Assembly (NCBI GenBank): GCA_963847195.1
Contig: CAWJZC010000009.1
Location: 17,812 to 81,811 of the forward strand
Direction of reading: 5' to 3'
Source: an uncultured Chloroflexia bacterium
GTDB taxonomy: Bacteria > Chloroflexota > Chloroflexia > Thermomicrobiales > JALYUS01
DNA length: 64,000 nt
Shown: positions 46,813-55,566 of the stretch, piece after piece
Layout of the letters: each line of letters opens with the position of its first letter
Numbering within the stretch: the first letter of the stretch is position 1
Program-made: the position numbers and the translations under genes
The notes under the pieces: generated by a model
Database searches by the model: none
Told to the model about the DNA's origin: nothing
The model's input: only the letters and a program-made list of their open reading frames with translations

Positions 46813-49462
46813 GTATCGTGGTTGGCATGGGCGAGCGCGTGTACGCTCGTCGTCGCAACGACGCGGAACCCGCTCTATGTGGCGCTCGTCGCGCTCTGCG
46901 CGGGGGCGGCGTATCGGGCCGCGCGCAACGATGGGATAGTGCGCGGCGCGGCCGAATGGTCATTCGTCCTGCGGGCGGCGTGGACGCTGACGACGGTCGC
47001 GATCCTCTTCAACACGCTCACCGTCCATGCCGGTGATCGCGCGCTCTTCGCGCTGCCGCGCGACCTGCCGCTGGTCGGGCGCGGTGATCGGCGGGCCGGT
47101 GACGCTCAATGCGCTGCTCTACGGCATCATCTCCGCCCTCGCGCTCGGCACGTTAATGCTCGTCTTCGCGGCGCTCAACGCGGCGGTGGGCTACGAGGAA
47201 TTGCTCCGTCTGCTGCCCGGCCCGCTCACCGGCCTCGGCGTGACGATGACCGTCGCGCTCGGCTTCCTGCCGCAAACGATTGCCGCATTCGGCGAGGTGC
47301 GCGAGGCGCAGGCGGTGCGCGGCCATACCGCCCGGCGCGGCGTGCGCGGCAGCCCTTTGGGCGGCATCCCGCCGCTCGTCGTGCCCGTGCTCGCCCTCGG
47401 CCTGGAACGGGCCATTGCGCTGGCGGAAGCGATGGCGGCGCGCGGCTTCGGCGTGCCGCGGGGCGATGGCCCGCGCGCCCGGCGCACCGCATACCGCGCC
47501 CGCCCGTGGCGGATACTGGATAGCGCAATCGTCGCGGGGGCCGGTGTGGTGGCAGCCGCTATCGTCATCGTCGCGCTCGGCGGCAGCGCGCTCATCTATT
47601 ATCCCTACCCGACTCTTCTCTGGCCGCCGTTTGATCCGCTGATCGGCGCGGCTCTCCTGCCGCTCCTGCTCCCGGCGGTGCTGCTGCCGTACGGAGAGGA
47701 GTATGGAGGGGGCGCGACCCCGCACAACGGTCAAGCACAATCCGAGGCGGCTTCTCCCCCCGTTTCCCCCTCCCTTCGAGGGAGGGGGTTAGGGGGTAGG
47801 AGCTCCCTCGCCCGACTCGACCGCGTGACCTATGCCTATCCTCGCGCATCCACCCCCGTACTTGATGCTATCTCATGGGATATGTTCGAGGGAGAGACGG
47901 TACTGCTCGTCGGCACATCCGGCGCGGGGAAATCGACGCTGCTGCGGGCCTTCAACGGGCTGGCACCACATTTTACCGGCGGGCGCTTCGGCGGCACGGT
48001 GACGGTCGCGGGGCTGGCGGCGCATCGCGCGGGGCCGCGCGGGATGAGCGGCGTGGTCGGGATGCTTTTCCAGGACCCGGAGGCCGCCGCGGTCGCGCCC
48101 CGCGTCGCGGATGATGTCGCCTTCGCCCTCGAACAGCACGGCATCCGCCGGCCGGAGATGCGGCGGCGGGTGCGAGATGCGCTCGATGCGGTCGGGGCGG
48201 CGCACCTCGCGGAGCGGGAGATCGCGACGCTCTCCGGCGGGGAGCGGCAGCGGGTCGCCCTCGCGGCGGCGATTGTCCGCGCGCCTCGCCTGCTCGCCCT
48301 CGACGAGCCGACCTCGCAACTCGACCCGGATGGAGCGCGCGCGATACTCGACGCGCTTGCGGCCGTGCAGGCCGCGTCCGGCATGGGCGTCGTCATCGCG
48401 GAGCATCGGTTGGAGCGGATCGCACCGCGCGCGACAGGCGCTTTGCTCCTGCCGGGCAATGGTACGCTGGTGCGCGGCGATCCGCGCGGCATCCTCGCGG
48501 CGGCGGGCGCGCGGTCGGCGGCGTGGCTGCCGCCGGTGGTCGCACTTGGGCAAGCGATGGGTTGGCTTCCCCTCCCCCTCTCGGTCGCGGAGGCTCGTCC
48601 GCTCGCGCTCCGCGATGGCCTGACCGCATTGGAGGCATCGGCGGCCCCTGCGTCGCATCCGGCCGGCGCGCCGCTGCTCACCGCATCAGGGCTCTCGGTC
48701 ACACTTGGCGGGCAGACGGCGCTGCGCGATATCGAACTGGCCCTGCACGCGGGCGAAATCGTCGCGGTGGTCGGCGTCAATGGCGCGGGCAAGACGACAC
48801 TGCTGCGGGCGCTTCTTGGCCTCCGCACGCCGGAGAGCGGCAGCGTCATGCTCATGGGGCGCGATGTGACGGCGGGCGGCGTCCGGGCGCGCGGCGGGCA
48901 GATCGGCTACGTCCCGCAGCAGCCGGGTGCGCTGCTCTTCGCCGAAACGGTGGCGGACGAACTCGCCTTCACGCTCAGGGCACGCGGGCGGAGCGATTAT
49001 CCCGCGCGCTATGGCGGCATGGAGGGTCTGCTCGTCGCGCTCCGACTCGGCGGGATGGCCGACCGCTATCCGCGCGACATCTCCGTCGGCGAGCGCGCGC
49101 GGGTCGCGCTCGCCGCGACGCTGGCGGGCGATCCGCCGCTCCTGCTGCTCGATGAACCGACGCGCGGCCTCGACCCCGAGGCGAAAGACGATCTGATCGC
49201 CGTCCTCCACGGCCTGCGCGATGCCGGTCGTGCCGTCCTGCTCGTCACGCACGATGGCGACCTCGTCGCCCGCGCCGCCGACCGGGTGATCCTGCTCGAC
49301 CGGGGGCGGATCGTCGCCATGGGCCACCCGCGCCAGGTGTTGCCGGGCACGCCCTTCGCGCCGCAGATCAGCCAGCTACTCGGCGGCGCCTTCCTGACTG
49401 TGCCGGACGTGCTGGCGGCGCTCCCGGCAGCCGTGCGGCCGGGGCGGGAGGTACACGCATGA
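46690..49462 (+). CDS. ECF transporter fusion: T component (CbiQ/EcfT) + two ATPase domains (EcfA-EcfA'); one frame break in the T part
   Basis: The T part starts in ORF 46690..47523 (WLAWASACTLVVATTRNPLYVALVAL...). After a shift near 47080 it continues in ORF 47027..49462 (GAVIGGPVTLNALLYGIISALALGTLML...ERAIALAEAMAARGF). Two ABC domains follow (GTSGAGKST / LSGGERQRVAL / LLALDEPTSQLD; GVNGAGKTT / ISVGERARVAL / LLLLDEPTRGLD). The true start is uncertain because the ATG lies within a repeat. Confidence 0.85.
47766..47800. repeat. GC-rich palindrome CCCCCTCCCT-TCG-AGGGAGGGGG + TTAGGGGGTAGG tail, in frame in the T-to-ATPase linker
   Basis: Read directly. It encodes ...SPPVSPSLRGRGLGGRS. Confidence 0.85.
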
Positions 49463-50395
49463 AGCGCTGGCGCACCACGCTGGTGCTCGCCGTCACCTCG
49501 CTAATCGGCGTGGCGGCCTTCCTCAGTCCCTTCTGGCTGGCGCGGACGCGGACCGTCGGGGCGGATCGCACCGCGCACGGCAGCGACGCGCCGCTGCTCT
49601 TCGCCCTCGTCGGCATGCTCTGCCTGATCGTGCTGCTCATCGAAACGGGCGGCGGGGCGGACCCGGACGCGAAGCGGGTGGCGCTGCTCGGCGTACTCGT
49701 CGCGGCGAACGCGGCGTTGCGGCTGATCCCCGGCATCTTCGGGGCGAGCCCGATCTTCTTCCTGCCGATCTGCGTCGGCTTCGTCTGGGGGCCGTCCTTC
49801 GGCTTCCTGCTCGGCGCGGCGAGCATTGCCGTCTCGGGGTTGCTCACCGGCGGCATCGGCCCGTGGCTCCCCTTCCAGATGATGACCCTCGGCTGGGTCG
49901 GACTGACGGCGGGAGTGGTGGGAGCCCCTAACCCCCCGGCCCCGCTTCCCTCGCGAAGGGAAGGGGGAGGCGGAAGATGGCTTGCGCCATCTTCCCGCAC
50001 TCAGCACTCAGTCACTTAGCACTCAGCACTTCGTCCTTTTGGCGATCTTCGGCGCGGCGTGGGGCTTCCTGTTCGGGGCGATTATGAATCTCTGGTTCTG
50101 GCCGTTCGCGGCGCCCGCCTCGCCCGCCGAGAGCGGGCTCTACTGGGCGCCGGGGTTGGGGCTGGGGGAGACGGTGCGGCGGTATCTCGTCTTCTACGGG
50201 GCGACCTCCGCCGTCTACGACGCCTTCCGGGCGGCGGGGAACGTGGCGATGTTCGCCCTCTTCGGGCGGCCCGTGTTGCTGCTCCTGCTGCGCTTCCGGG
50301 ATCGGTTCACCTGGCAGCCAGTCGCGACGATACCGGCCCCGGAGGCGCAGGACGCACTTATATCGGATAGCCCTTCAGCCCCTGCATGCCCTTGA
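49459..50395 (+). CDS. ECF transporter S (substrate-capture) component-like membrane protein, interrupted by a repeat insert with a frame break
   Basis: The start overlaps the upstream stop (ATGA). ORF 49459..50019 holds 4 hydrophobic helices (...FGASPIFFLPICVGFVWGPSFGFLLGAASIAVSGLL...). ORF 49982..50395 in the neighbouring frame holds 2-3 more (FVLLAIFGAAWGFLFGAIMNLWFWPF...). The junction lies inside repeats at 49925..50035. Confidence 0.6.
49925..50035. repeat. composite repeat insert: CCCTAACCCCCCGG + CTTCCCT-CGCGA-AGGGAAG palindrome, GGAAGATGGC-TTGC-GCCATCTTCC hairpin, and a heptamer array CTCAGCA/CTCAGTC/CTTAGCA
   Basis: Read directly, inside the S-component gene. Confidence 0.8.
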
Positions 50396-50891
50396 GCATG
50401 GAGATCTCGCCGCAATGCCAGTTGGCGTTGCCGAGCACGATCCCGCTGATGAAGAAGCCGAGCGAGACCGTGCCGAGGCCGGCAGCGCTCAGGTCGATCT
50501 CGCGGTCGAGGTCTTCCGGTGTCAGCGAGGCGATATATGCCTCGGTATTCTCCGTGACTGCCTGCCCATAGGCACGCAGTGCGGGCAGATCGATCGTCAC
50601 CGTCCGGGACCAATCGCTGAACGAGCCGCGCGGCATCGGCTCGCTGAGGCCGGTCCTGCCCGCCCAGTCGGTCGCCGCCATCGGCGCGCCGCCCTTGATG
50701 ACCGCGTTAATCAGCATATCCTCGCTGCCGAGGATATGCGCGTAGTGTACGCCGACCGACATCGCGCCCTTCGGCGCCCATTGCGCCTGCTCGGGCGTGA
50801 TATCACCGAGAGTCCCTGCCAGCCACTGGTGCGTGCCATGCGCTTGTTGTTTGAGGAGGGTCACCGCGTCCATCGTCTCTCTCCTTGTCAT
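50358..50891 (-). CDS. DinB-family (DinB_2) protein
   Basis: Start MTRRETMDAV (50891) within ORF 50358..50990. His-bearing helices are present (GTHQWLAGTL, VHYAHILGSED, NANWHCGEISMLKG). Confidence 0.7.
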   Translation of the reverse strand: MTRRETMDAVTLLKQQAHGTHQWLAGTLGDITPEQAQWAPKGAMSVGVHYAHILGSEDMLINAVIKGGAPMAATDWAGRTGLSEPMPRGSFSDWSRTVTIDLPALRAYGQAVTENTEAYIASLTPEDLDREIDLSAAGLGTVSLGFFISGIVLGNANWHCGEISMLKGMQGLKGYPI

Positions 50892-51128
50892 CTCCGGTTC
50901 CCAATTCGGTATCGACGGTCCATCGAATGAAGTGACACTTCCCCCTTTCTTGGCATATTCTTCATAGCGATCTTGCGTATTACTATACAAATATTAGCGT
51001 GTCTTTGCAATGGGGAGAGTCGCGACCGCGTGGCTACCGGCAATCTCTATCGCGCATCCGGGCGTATGGATATACTAGCGGGCACGCGCGTGACTGGCGC
51101 GGCAGTATCAACGAAGGGGAAGCGTACG

Positions 51129-51878
51129 ATGGGAACACGACAATGGCGTCAGACCCTCATCGCGGCACTGGTCGTCGCGGCGGTAATGATGATGAGCGCG
51201 GGTGCGGTCTCCGCGCATGCGCGCCCGACGGCGTCCGACCCGGCGGATAAGGCGACCGTCACGAAAGCGCCGACGCAGGTGACGATCACCTTCTCCGAGG
51301 AGACGAACCCCACCAAAAGCGGCGGCTCCGTCACCGATGCGAGCGGCGCGACGGTCTCCACCGGCTTCAAGGTGGACCTCAACGAGCGCACGAAGATGAC
51401 CATCGATCTGAAGCCGAACCTGCCCAACGGCGCCTACACCGTCAAGTGGAACAGTTTCACCGACAACGATAGCGGCGTGGCCGACGGCACCCTCAGCTTC
51501 ACGATCCAGGCACCGGCTGCGGGCACCGGCACCGCGACGACGGGCACGACACCGGCGGGCGGTTCCGCCACGGCGGGCACAGCGGCCCCCTCGGCGACGA
51601 CCGCACCGGCCGCGACCACCGCGCCAGCCGCGACGGTTGCCCCGACCGCGGCACCGACGGCGACGGTTGCTCCCACCGCCACCCGGCCCGCGACCACCGC
51701 CGTCGCGACGGGTACGGGCGGCGGTACGGTAGCCGCGACGACCGCCCCCGCGACCTTGCCGAAGACCGGCAACGGCGCCGGAACGAGCGGCACGCCATGG
51801 GCGCTGATCGTCCTCGCGGTCGCCGCGATTGCCGTCGCAGGCGGCGTCGCCTTCCGATTGCGTGCCGCGCGCCGCTGA
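51129..51878 (+). CDS. CopC-domain copper-binding protein with LPXTG cell-wall sorting signal
   Basis: Signal peptide ...AGAVSAHA. CopC-like fold: HARPTASDPADKATVTKAPTQVTITFSE...LPNGAYTVKWNSFT...GTLSFTI. A long Ala/Thr/Pro linker follows, then LPKTGN + hydrophobic helix (WALIVLAVAAIAVAGGVAF) + RLRAARR. Confidence 0.75.
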   Translation: MGTRQWRQTLIAALVVAAVMMMSAGAVSAHARPTASDPADKATVTKAPTQVTITFSEETNPTKSGGSVTDASGATVSTGFKVDLNERTKMTIDLKPNLPNGAYTVKWNSFTDNDSGVADGTLSFTIQAPAAGTGTATTGTTPAGGSATAGTAAPSATTAPAATTAPAATVAPTAAPTATVAPTATRPATTAVATGTGGGTVAATTAPATLPKTGNGAGTSGTPWALIVLAVAAIAVAGGVAFRLRAARR

Positions 51879-51892
51879 AATCCCCACCCCCG

Positions 51893-51951
51893 CCCCTCTC
51901 CATCGCAGAGAGATCACGATACCTACCAGTCCTGTACAGCGATGGAGAGGG
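51893..51951. repeat. 13-bp inverted repeat CCCCTCTCCATCGC / GCGATGGAGAGGG with 32-nt loop just after the copC-like stop; terminator-like
   Basis: Read directly. The arm sequence is the same as in the 36391 palindrome. Confidence 0.75.
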
Positions 51952-52041
51952 AAATCTCACTCGCTATGGCGGTATACTGCTGGATGGAATCGGCAGCGGG
52001 CTGGGTGCCACGCCCTCGGTCACACGTCGTCGGAGGCGCTC

Positions 52042-52344
52042 ATGCACGGAGAATATAAGACGCCGGGCGGCAAACTGGTCATCGTCGATTTCGCCGTCCG
52101 CAACGGCCAACTGACGGAGATGGAAGTGACCGGAGACTTCTTCCTCTATCCCGAGGAAGCCCTCGATACGATTATCCACAGCCTCAACGGCCTCCCCACC
52201 AGCCTGCCCGCCGACGAAATCGCCGCCCACATCCAGCACACCGTCGGCGCCGACGTCACCTTCCTCGGCTTCTCCCCCGAAGCAATCGGCATCGCCATCC
52301 AGCGAGCAATGGCGAATGAGATAGCGGGCAGCGAAGATGACTGA
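52042..52344 (+). CDS. lipoate-protein ligase accessory (C-terminal) domain encoded as a separate small protein (LplB-like)
   Basis: 100-aa ORF from ATG 52042: MHGEYKTPGGKLVIVDFAVRNGQLTEMEVTGDFFLYPEEAL... matches the pattern of the LplA C-terminal domain (YKxPGGKLIRV...I.GDFF..P). Its stop overlaps the start of lplA by 8 nt. Confidence 0.7.
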   Translation: MHGEYKTPGGKLVIVDFAVRNGQLTEMEVTGDFFLYPEEALDTIIHSLNGLPTSLPADEIAAHIQHTVGADVTFLGFSPEAIGIAIQRAMANEIAGSEDD

Positions 52345-53128
52345 ACACTCAGCACTCGATTCTCGCTGGCGCGCGCTCGACTGGCGTCTGATCCCCGCCG
52401 TGCCGCGCAGTCCGGCGATGAATATGGCGCTCGATGCGGTGCTGACGGAGCGTGTCGGCGCGGGGCAGCGACCGCCGACGCTCTGGATCTGGGGATGGGA
52501 CGCCTCGTGCGTCGTGCTCGGGCGGTTCCAGTCCGTCCGCAACGAGATCGACGAAGAGGCAGCGCGCGCGCTCGACATCAGCTTCGTGCGGCGGATCACC
52601 GGCGGCGGGGCGATGTACATCGAGCCGCTGGGGGCGATCACCTATTCGCTCTGCGCGCCGGAATCGCTCGTCGCGGGGATGAGTTTCGCCGAGTCGTACG
52701 CCTTCATGGATGCCTGGGTGGTCGATGGATTGCGGGCGCTGGGCGTCGATGCCTCCTACGTGCCGCTCAATGACATCACCTCCTCGACGGGGAAAATCGG
52801 CGGCGCGGCCCAGGCGCGGCGCGGCGGCGCGGTGCTTCACCACGCGACGATCGCGTGCGAGCTCGACACGACGAAGATGTCGCGCGTCTTGCGAATCGGG
52901 CGCGAGAAGTTGAGCGATAAGGGGATCGCCAGCGCGGCGAAGCGCGTCTCCCCGCTCCGGCAGCAGACCGATCTGCCGCGCGACGCGATCATCGACCGCC
53001 TCGTCGCCTCCTTCGCCGCGCGCTACGGCCTCACCCCGGACACCGTCCACCCCGACGAGGAGGCGGAGGCCGAACGCCGCGTCCGCGAGCAATTCGGCAC
53101 GCGCGATTGGCTCTACATCCTGCCGTAA
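52337..53128 (+). CDS. lplA: lipoate-protein ligase A, catalytic domain only
   Basis: 263-aa intact ORF: MNMALDAVL..., VVLGRFQSV, FVRRITGGGAMY, and KIGGAAQARRGGAVLHHATI (lipoyl-AMP-binding lysine motif). Confidence 0.88.
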   Translation: MTEHSALDSRWRALDWRLIPAVPRSPAMNMALDAVLTERVGAGQRPPTLWIWGWDASCVVLGRFQSVRNEIDEEAARALDISFVRRITGGGAMYIEPLGAITYSLCAPESLVAGMSFAESYAFMDAWVVDGLRALGVDASYVPLNDITSSTGKIGGAAQARRGGAVLHHATIACELDTTKMSRVLRIGREKLSDKGIASAAKRVSPLRQQTDLPRDAIIDRLVASFAARYGLTPDTVHPDEEAEAERRVREQFGTRDWLYILP

Positions 53129-53151
53129 GGTGCAAAACCCACCGGGAATGA

Positions 53152-53230
53152 ACCGCCAAGACGCCAAGCGGGAAGAGAAGAAAAGAATCACCTCGGCCTC
53201 TTCGTGGCGTCCTTGGCGGCTTGGCGGCTT
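53152..53230. repeat. purine-arm/pyrimidine-arm hairpin (ACCGCCAAGACGCCAAGCGGGAAGAGAAG ... CCTCTTCGTGGCGTCCTTGGCGGCTTGGCGGC) between convergent genes
   Basis: Read directly. Confidence 0.8.
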
Positions 53231-53242
53231 TGAAAGCGGCGA

Positions 53243-54325
53243 TTATCCCGGTGCGGCGCCCTGAGTGTTGACGTAGAGCGCGTAGATGGACTGGCTGGCG
53301 GCCATGAAGAGCCGGTTGCGCCGGGGGCCACCGAAGCAGACATTGGCGCACGTCTCCGGCAGCCGGATACGCCCGAGCAGATCGCCCTCGGGCGTGAAGA
53401 CGAGCACGCCGTTGTAGCCGACGCCGCTGGCGCCGGCGTTGCTGCCGCACCAGAGATTACCGTGGACATCGGCGCGCATACCGTCCGGCCCACATTTCAC
53501 GCCATCGAGCATCATGTCCGTGAAGACGCGGCCATTCGCGAGCGTATTGCGGTCCGTGACATCGAAGACCTTGATGTCGCGCGGGCCGGGGCCGGTGTCG
53601 CAGATGTAGACGTGCCGATAGTCGGGCGAGAAGCAGATGCCGTTCGGGTAGGCGATCTCGTCGGTGAGGAGATCGACCCGGCCGCTCGGATCGACACGGT
53701 AGACCCCGTTCGGCACCTGCCGCGACTGCCCGCCCGCATCAACGTTGCCGAGGCGCGGGTTGAACAGCCCACCCTCGCTCGGCTGCCCCTCGTAGAGCGA
53801 GTCGCCGTAGGAGGGGTCGGTGAACCAGATGCTCCCGTCGGGGTGGGGAGCGAGATCGTTCGGCGAGGTGAGCCGCTTGCCGTCGTAGGCATCCGCGATG
53901 ACGGTCATCGAGCCGTCGTGTTCCCATCGGACGACGCGGCGGGAGAAGTGCTCGCAGGAGAGTTGGTGGCCCTGAAAATCGAAGGTGTTGCCATTGCTCT
54001 GGCGCGCCGGGGCACGGTAGGCTGAGACATGGCCGTCCTCCTGCAACCAGCGGTACTGCTTGTCGTTCGGAATATCGCTCCAGACGAGATAGCGGCCCAG
54101 CCCGGACCACGCGGGGCCTTCCGCCCAGAGCGCCCCGGTCCACAGGCGCTGGATAGGCGTGTTGCCCTGGAGCAGCGGGCGGAAGCGCGCATCCACGACG
54201 ATGACATCGGGGTCGGGGTACATGCTCGGCGGCGCATCCGGCCCCCACTGGCGCGGGGGATTCGTCACGGTGCTCGGCGGCGTGCCGGGGCTGGTCGGTG
54301 CGGGGTTCTGGCCTGGGTGCGTCAT
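53243..54325 (-). CDS. SMP-30/gluconolactonase/LRE-family beta-propeller protein
   Basis: Intact ORF 53243..54349, start MTHPGQ at 54325. It has LWAEGPAWS..., NDLAPHPDGSIWFTDP, PNGICFSPD, DGMRADVHGNLW and NVCFGGPRRNRLFM. Confidence 0.85.
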   Translation of the reverse strand: MTHPGQNPAPTSPGTPPSTVTNPPRQWGPDAPPSMYPDPDVIVVDARFRPLLQGNTPIQRLWTGALWAEGPAWSGLGRYLVWSDIPNDKQYRWLQEDGHVSAYRAPARQSNGNTFDFQGHQLSCEHFSRRVVRWEHDGSMTVIADAYDGKRLTSPNDLAPHPDGSIWFTDPSYGDSLYEGQPSEGGLFNPRLGNVDAGGQSRQVPNGVYRVDPSGRVDLLTDEIAYPNGICFSPDYRHVYICDTGPGPRDIKVFDVTDRNTLANGRVFTDMMLDGVKCGPDGMRADVHGNLWCGSNAGASGVGYNGVLVFTPEGDLLGRIRLPETCANVCFGGPRRNRLFMAASQSIYALYVNTQGAAPG

Positions 54326-54525
54326 CCGTAATTCCTCCTCTAACGGCAAACGACGGCGCTATGATTGCAGGCAAACCGGCGATTGTCACCTCCATGGGTG
54401 ATAGGAGTTCCCTGAACTCGCTCCGTGCAGCCAATGATAGACATTGCCGCAACCGCATGGGAGACTAGCGGCCTGGTGCGATGTGCGGTGTGCGGTGTCC
54501 ATGATTTTGCTCAGGAGACGAGACG

Positions 54526-55466
54526 ATGCAATTCGGCTTGCAAATCAACCCCTACCGGGACGGCCCGACCGGCAATCCGTGGGATAGCGTCGCGCGCGTC
54601 GCGCGGGCTGCTGACGCGAGCGCCTTCGACTCTCTCTGGGTCTACGACCATTTCCTCTACGAGGGCGGCTACTCCGGCCACCCTTACTCCGAGCCGGTGA
54701 TGGAGTGCTTCACGACATTGGGGGCGATTGCCGCCGTCACGGAGCGCATCCGGCTCGGCCAACTGGTACTCGGCGTCCCCTATCGCAACCCGGCGGCGAT
54801 GGCAAAAATGGCGACGACGCTCGACTTGATCAGCCACGGGCGCTCGATCCTCGGCCTCGGCGCGGGCTGGCACAAGCGCGAGTACGAGGCGTACGGCTGG
54901 GGAGCGTTCGAGCCGGCGGCGGCGCGCATGAAGCGGCTGGAGGAGGCGCTGCGCATCGTGCTGGCAATCTGGACGGAGCGCCCCGCGCATTTCGAGGGGA
55001 ATTCTACCGCCTCGATCACGCGCAGGAGAACCCGCTGCCGGTCCAGCGGCCGCACCCGCCGATCATGGTCGGCGGTAGCGGCGAGAAAGTGACGCTGCGA
55101 CTGGTCGCCCAATATGCCCAATTCTGCAACGTCTCGGGCGATCCCGGGACGGTCGGGCGACTCTTTGCGGCCATGCGCGCGCACTGCGAGCGGCTTGGCC
55201 GCCCCTATGAGGAGATTACCCGCTCGATCTACACGACGGTCGTGATCGGCGAGGACGAGGCGGATGTCGCCGCCAAGCGCGAGCGACTGGCCGCGTTCAT
55301 CCCCGATGGTGCGTTGATCGGCACGGCGGAGCAGTTGATCGCGATCTTCGCGGAGTACGCGCGGGTCGGCTGCCAATACGTCGTCTTCCGCACGCCGGAT
55401 TGGGTCGATGTCGAGCCGGTGCAACGCTTCGCCGAACGCGTCATCCCGGCCCTCGCCGCAGACTAG
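54526..55466 (+). CDS. LLM-family (F420/flavin-dependent luciferase-like) oxidoreductase; one frame break
   Basis: MQFGLQINPY...FDSLWVYDHF...RLGQLVLGVPYRNPAAMAKMATTLDLISHGRSILGLGAGW is in ORF 54526..55092. After a shift near 54995 it continues in ORF 54705..55466 (FRGEFYRLDHAQENPLPVQRPHPPIMVGGSGEK...). Confidence 0.8.
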
Positions 55467-55520
55467 GAATAGGGCAGTCGCGCTAATTCGGTAGCGGCGC
55501 TCCATCCAGTACCTTTGTTG

Positions 55521-55558
55521 GGCGGGGCGGTATGTCTCATACCGCCCCGCCGTTGTGT
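55521..55558. terminator. perfect 14-bp GC hairpin GGCGGGGCGGTATG-TCT-CATACCGCCCCGCC flanked by T-rich (plus) and A-rich (upstream) runs; bidirectional terminator candidate
   Basis: Arms checked base by base. It lies between convergent genes ending at 55466 and 55567. Confidence 0.6.
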
Positions 55559-55566
55559 GCCGAGCG

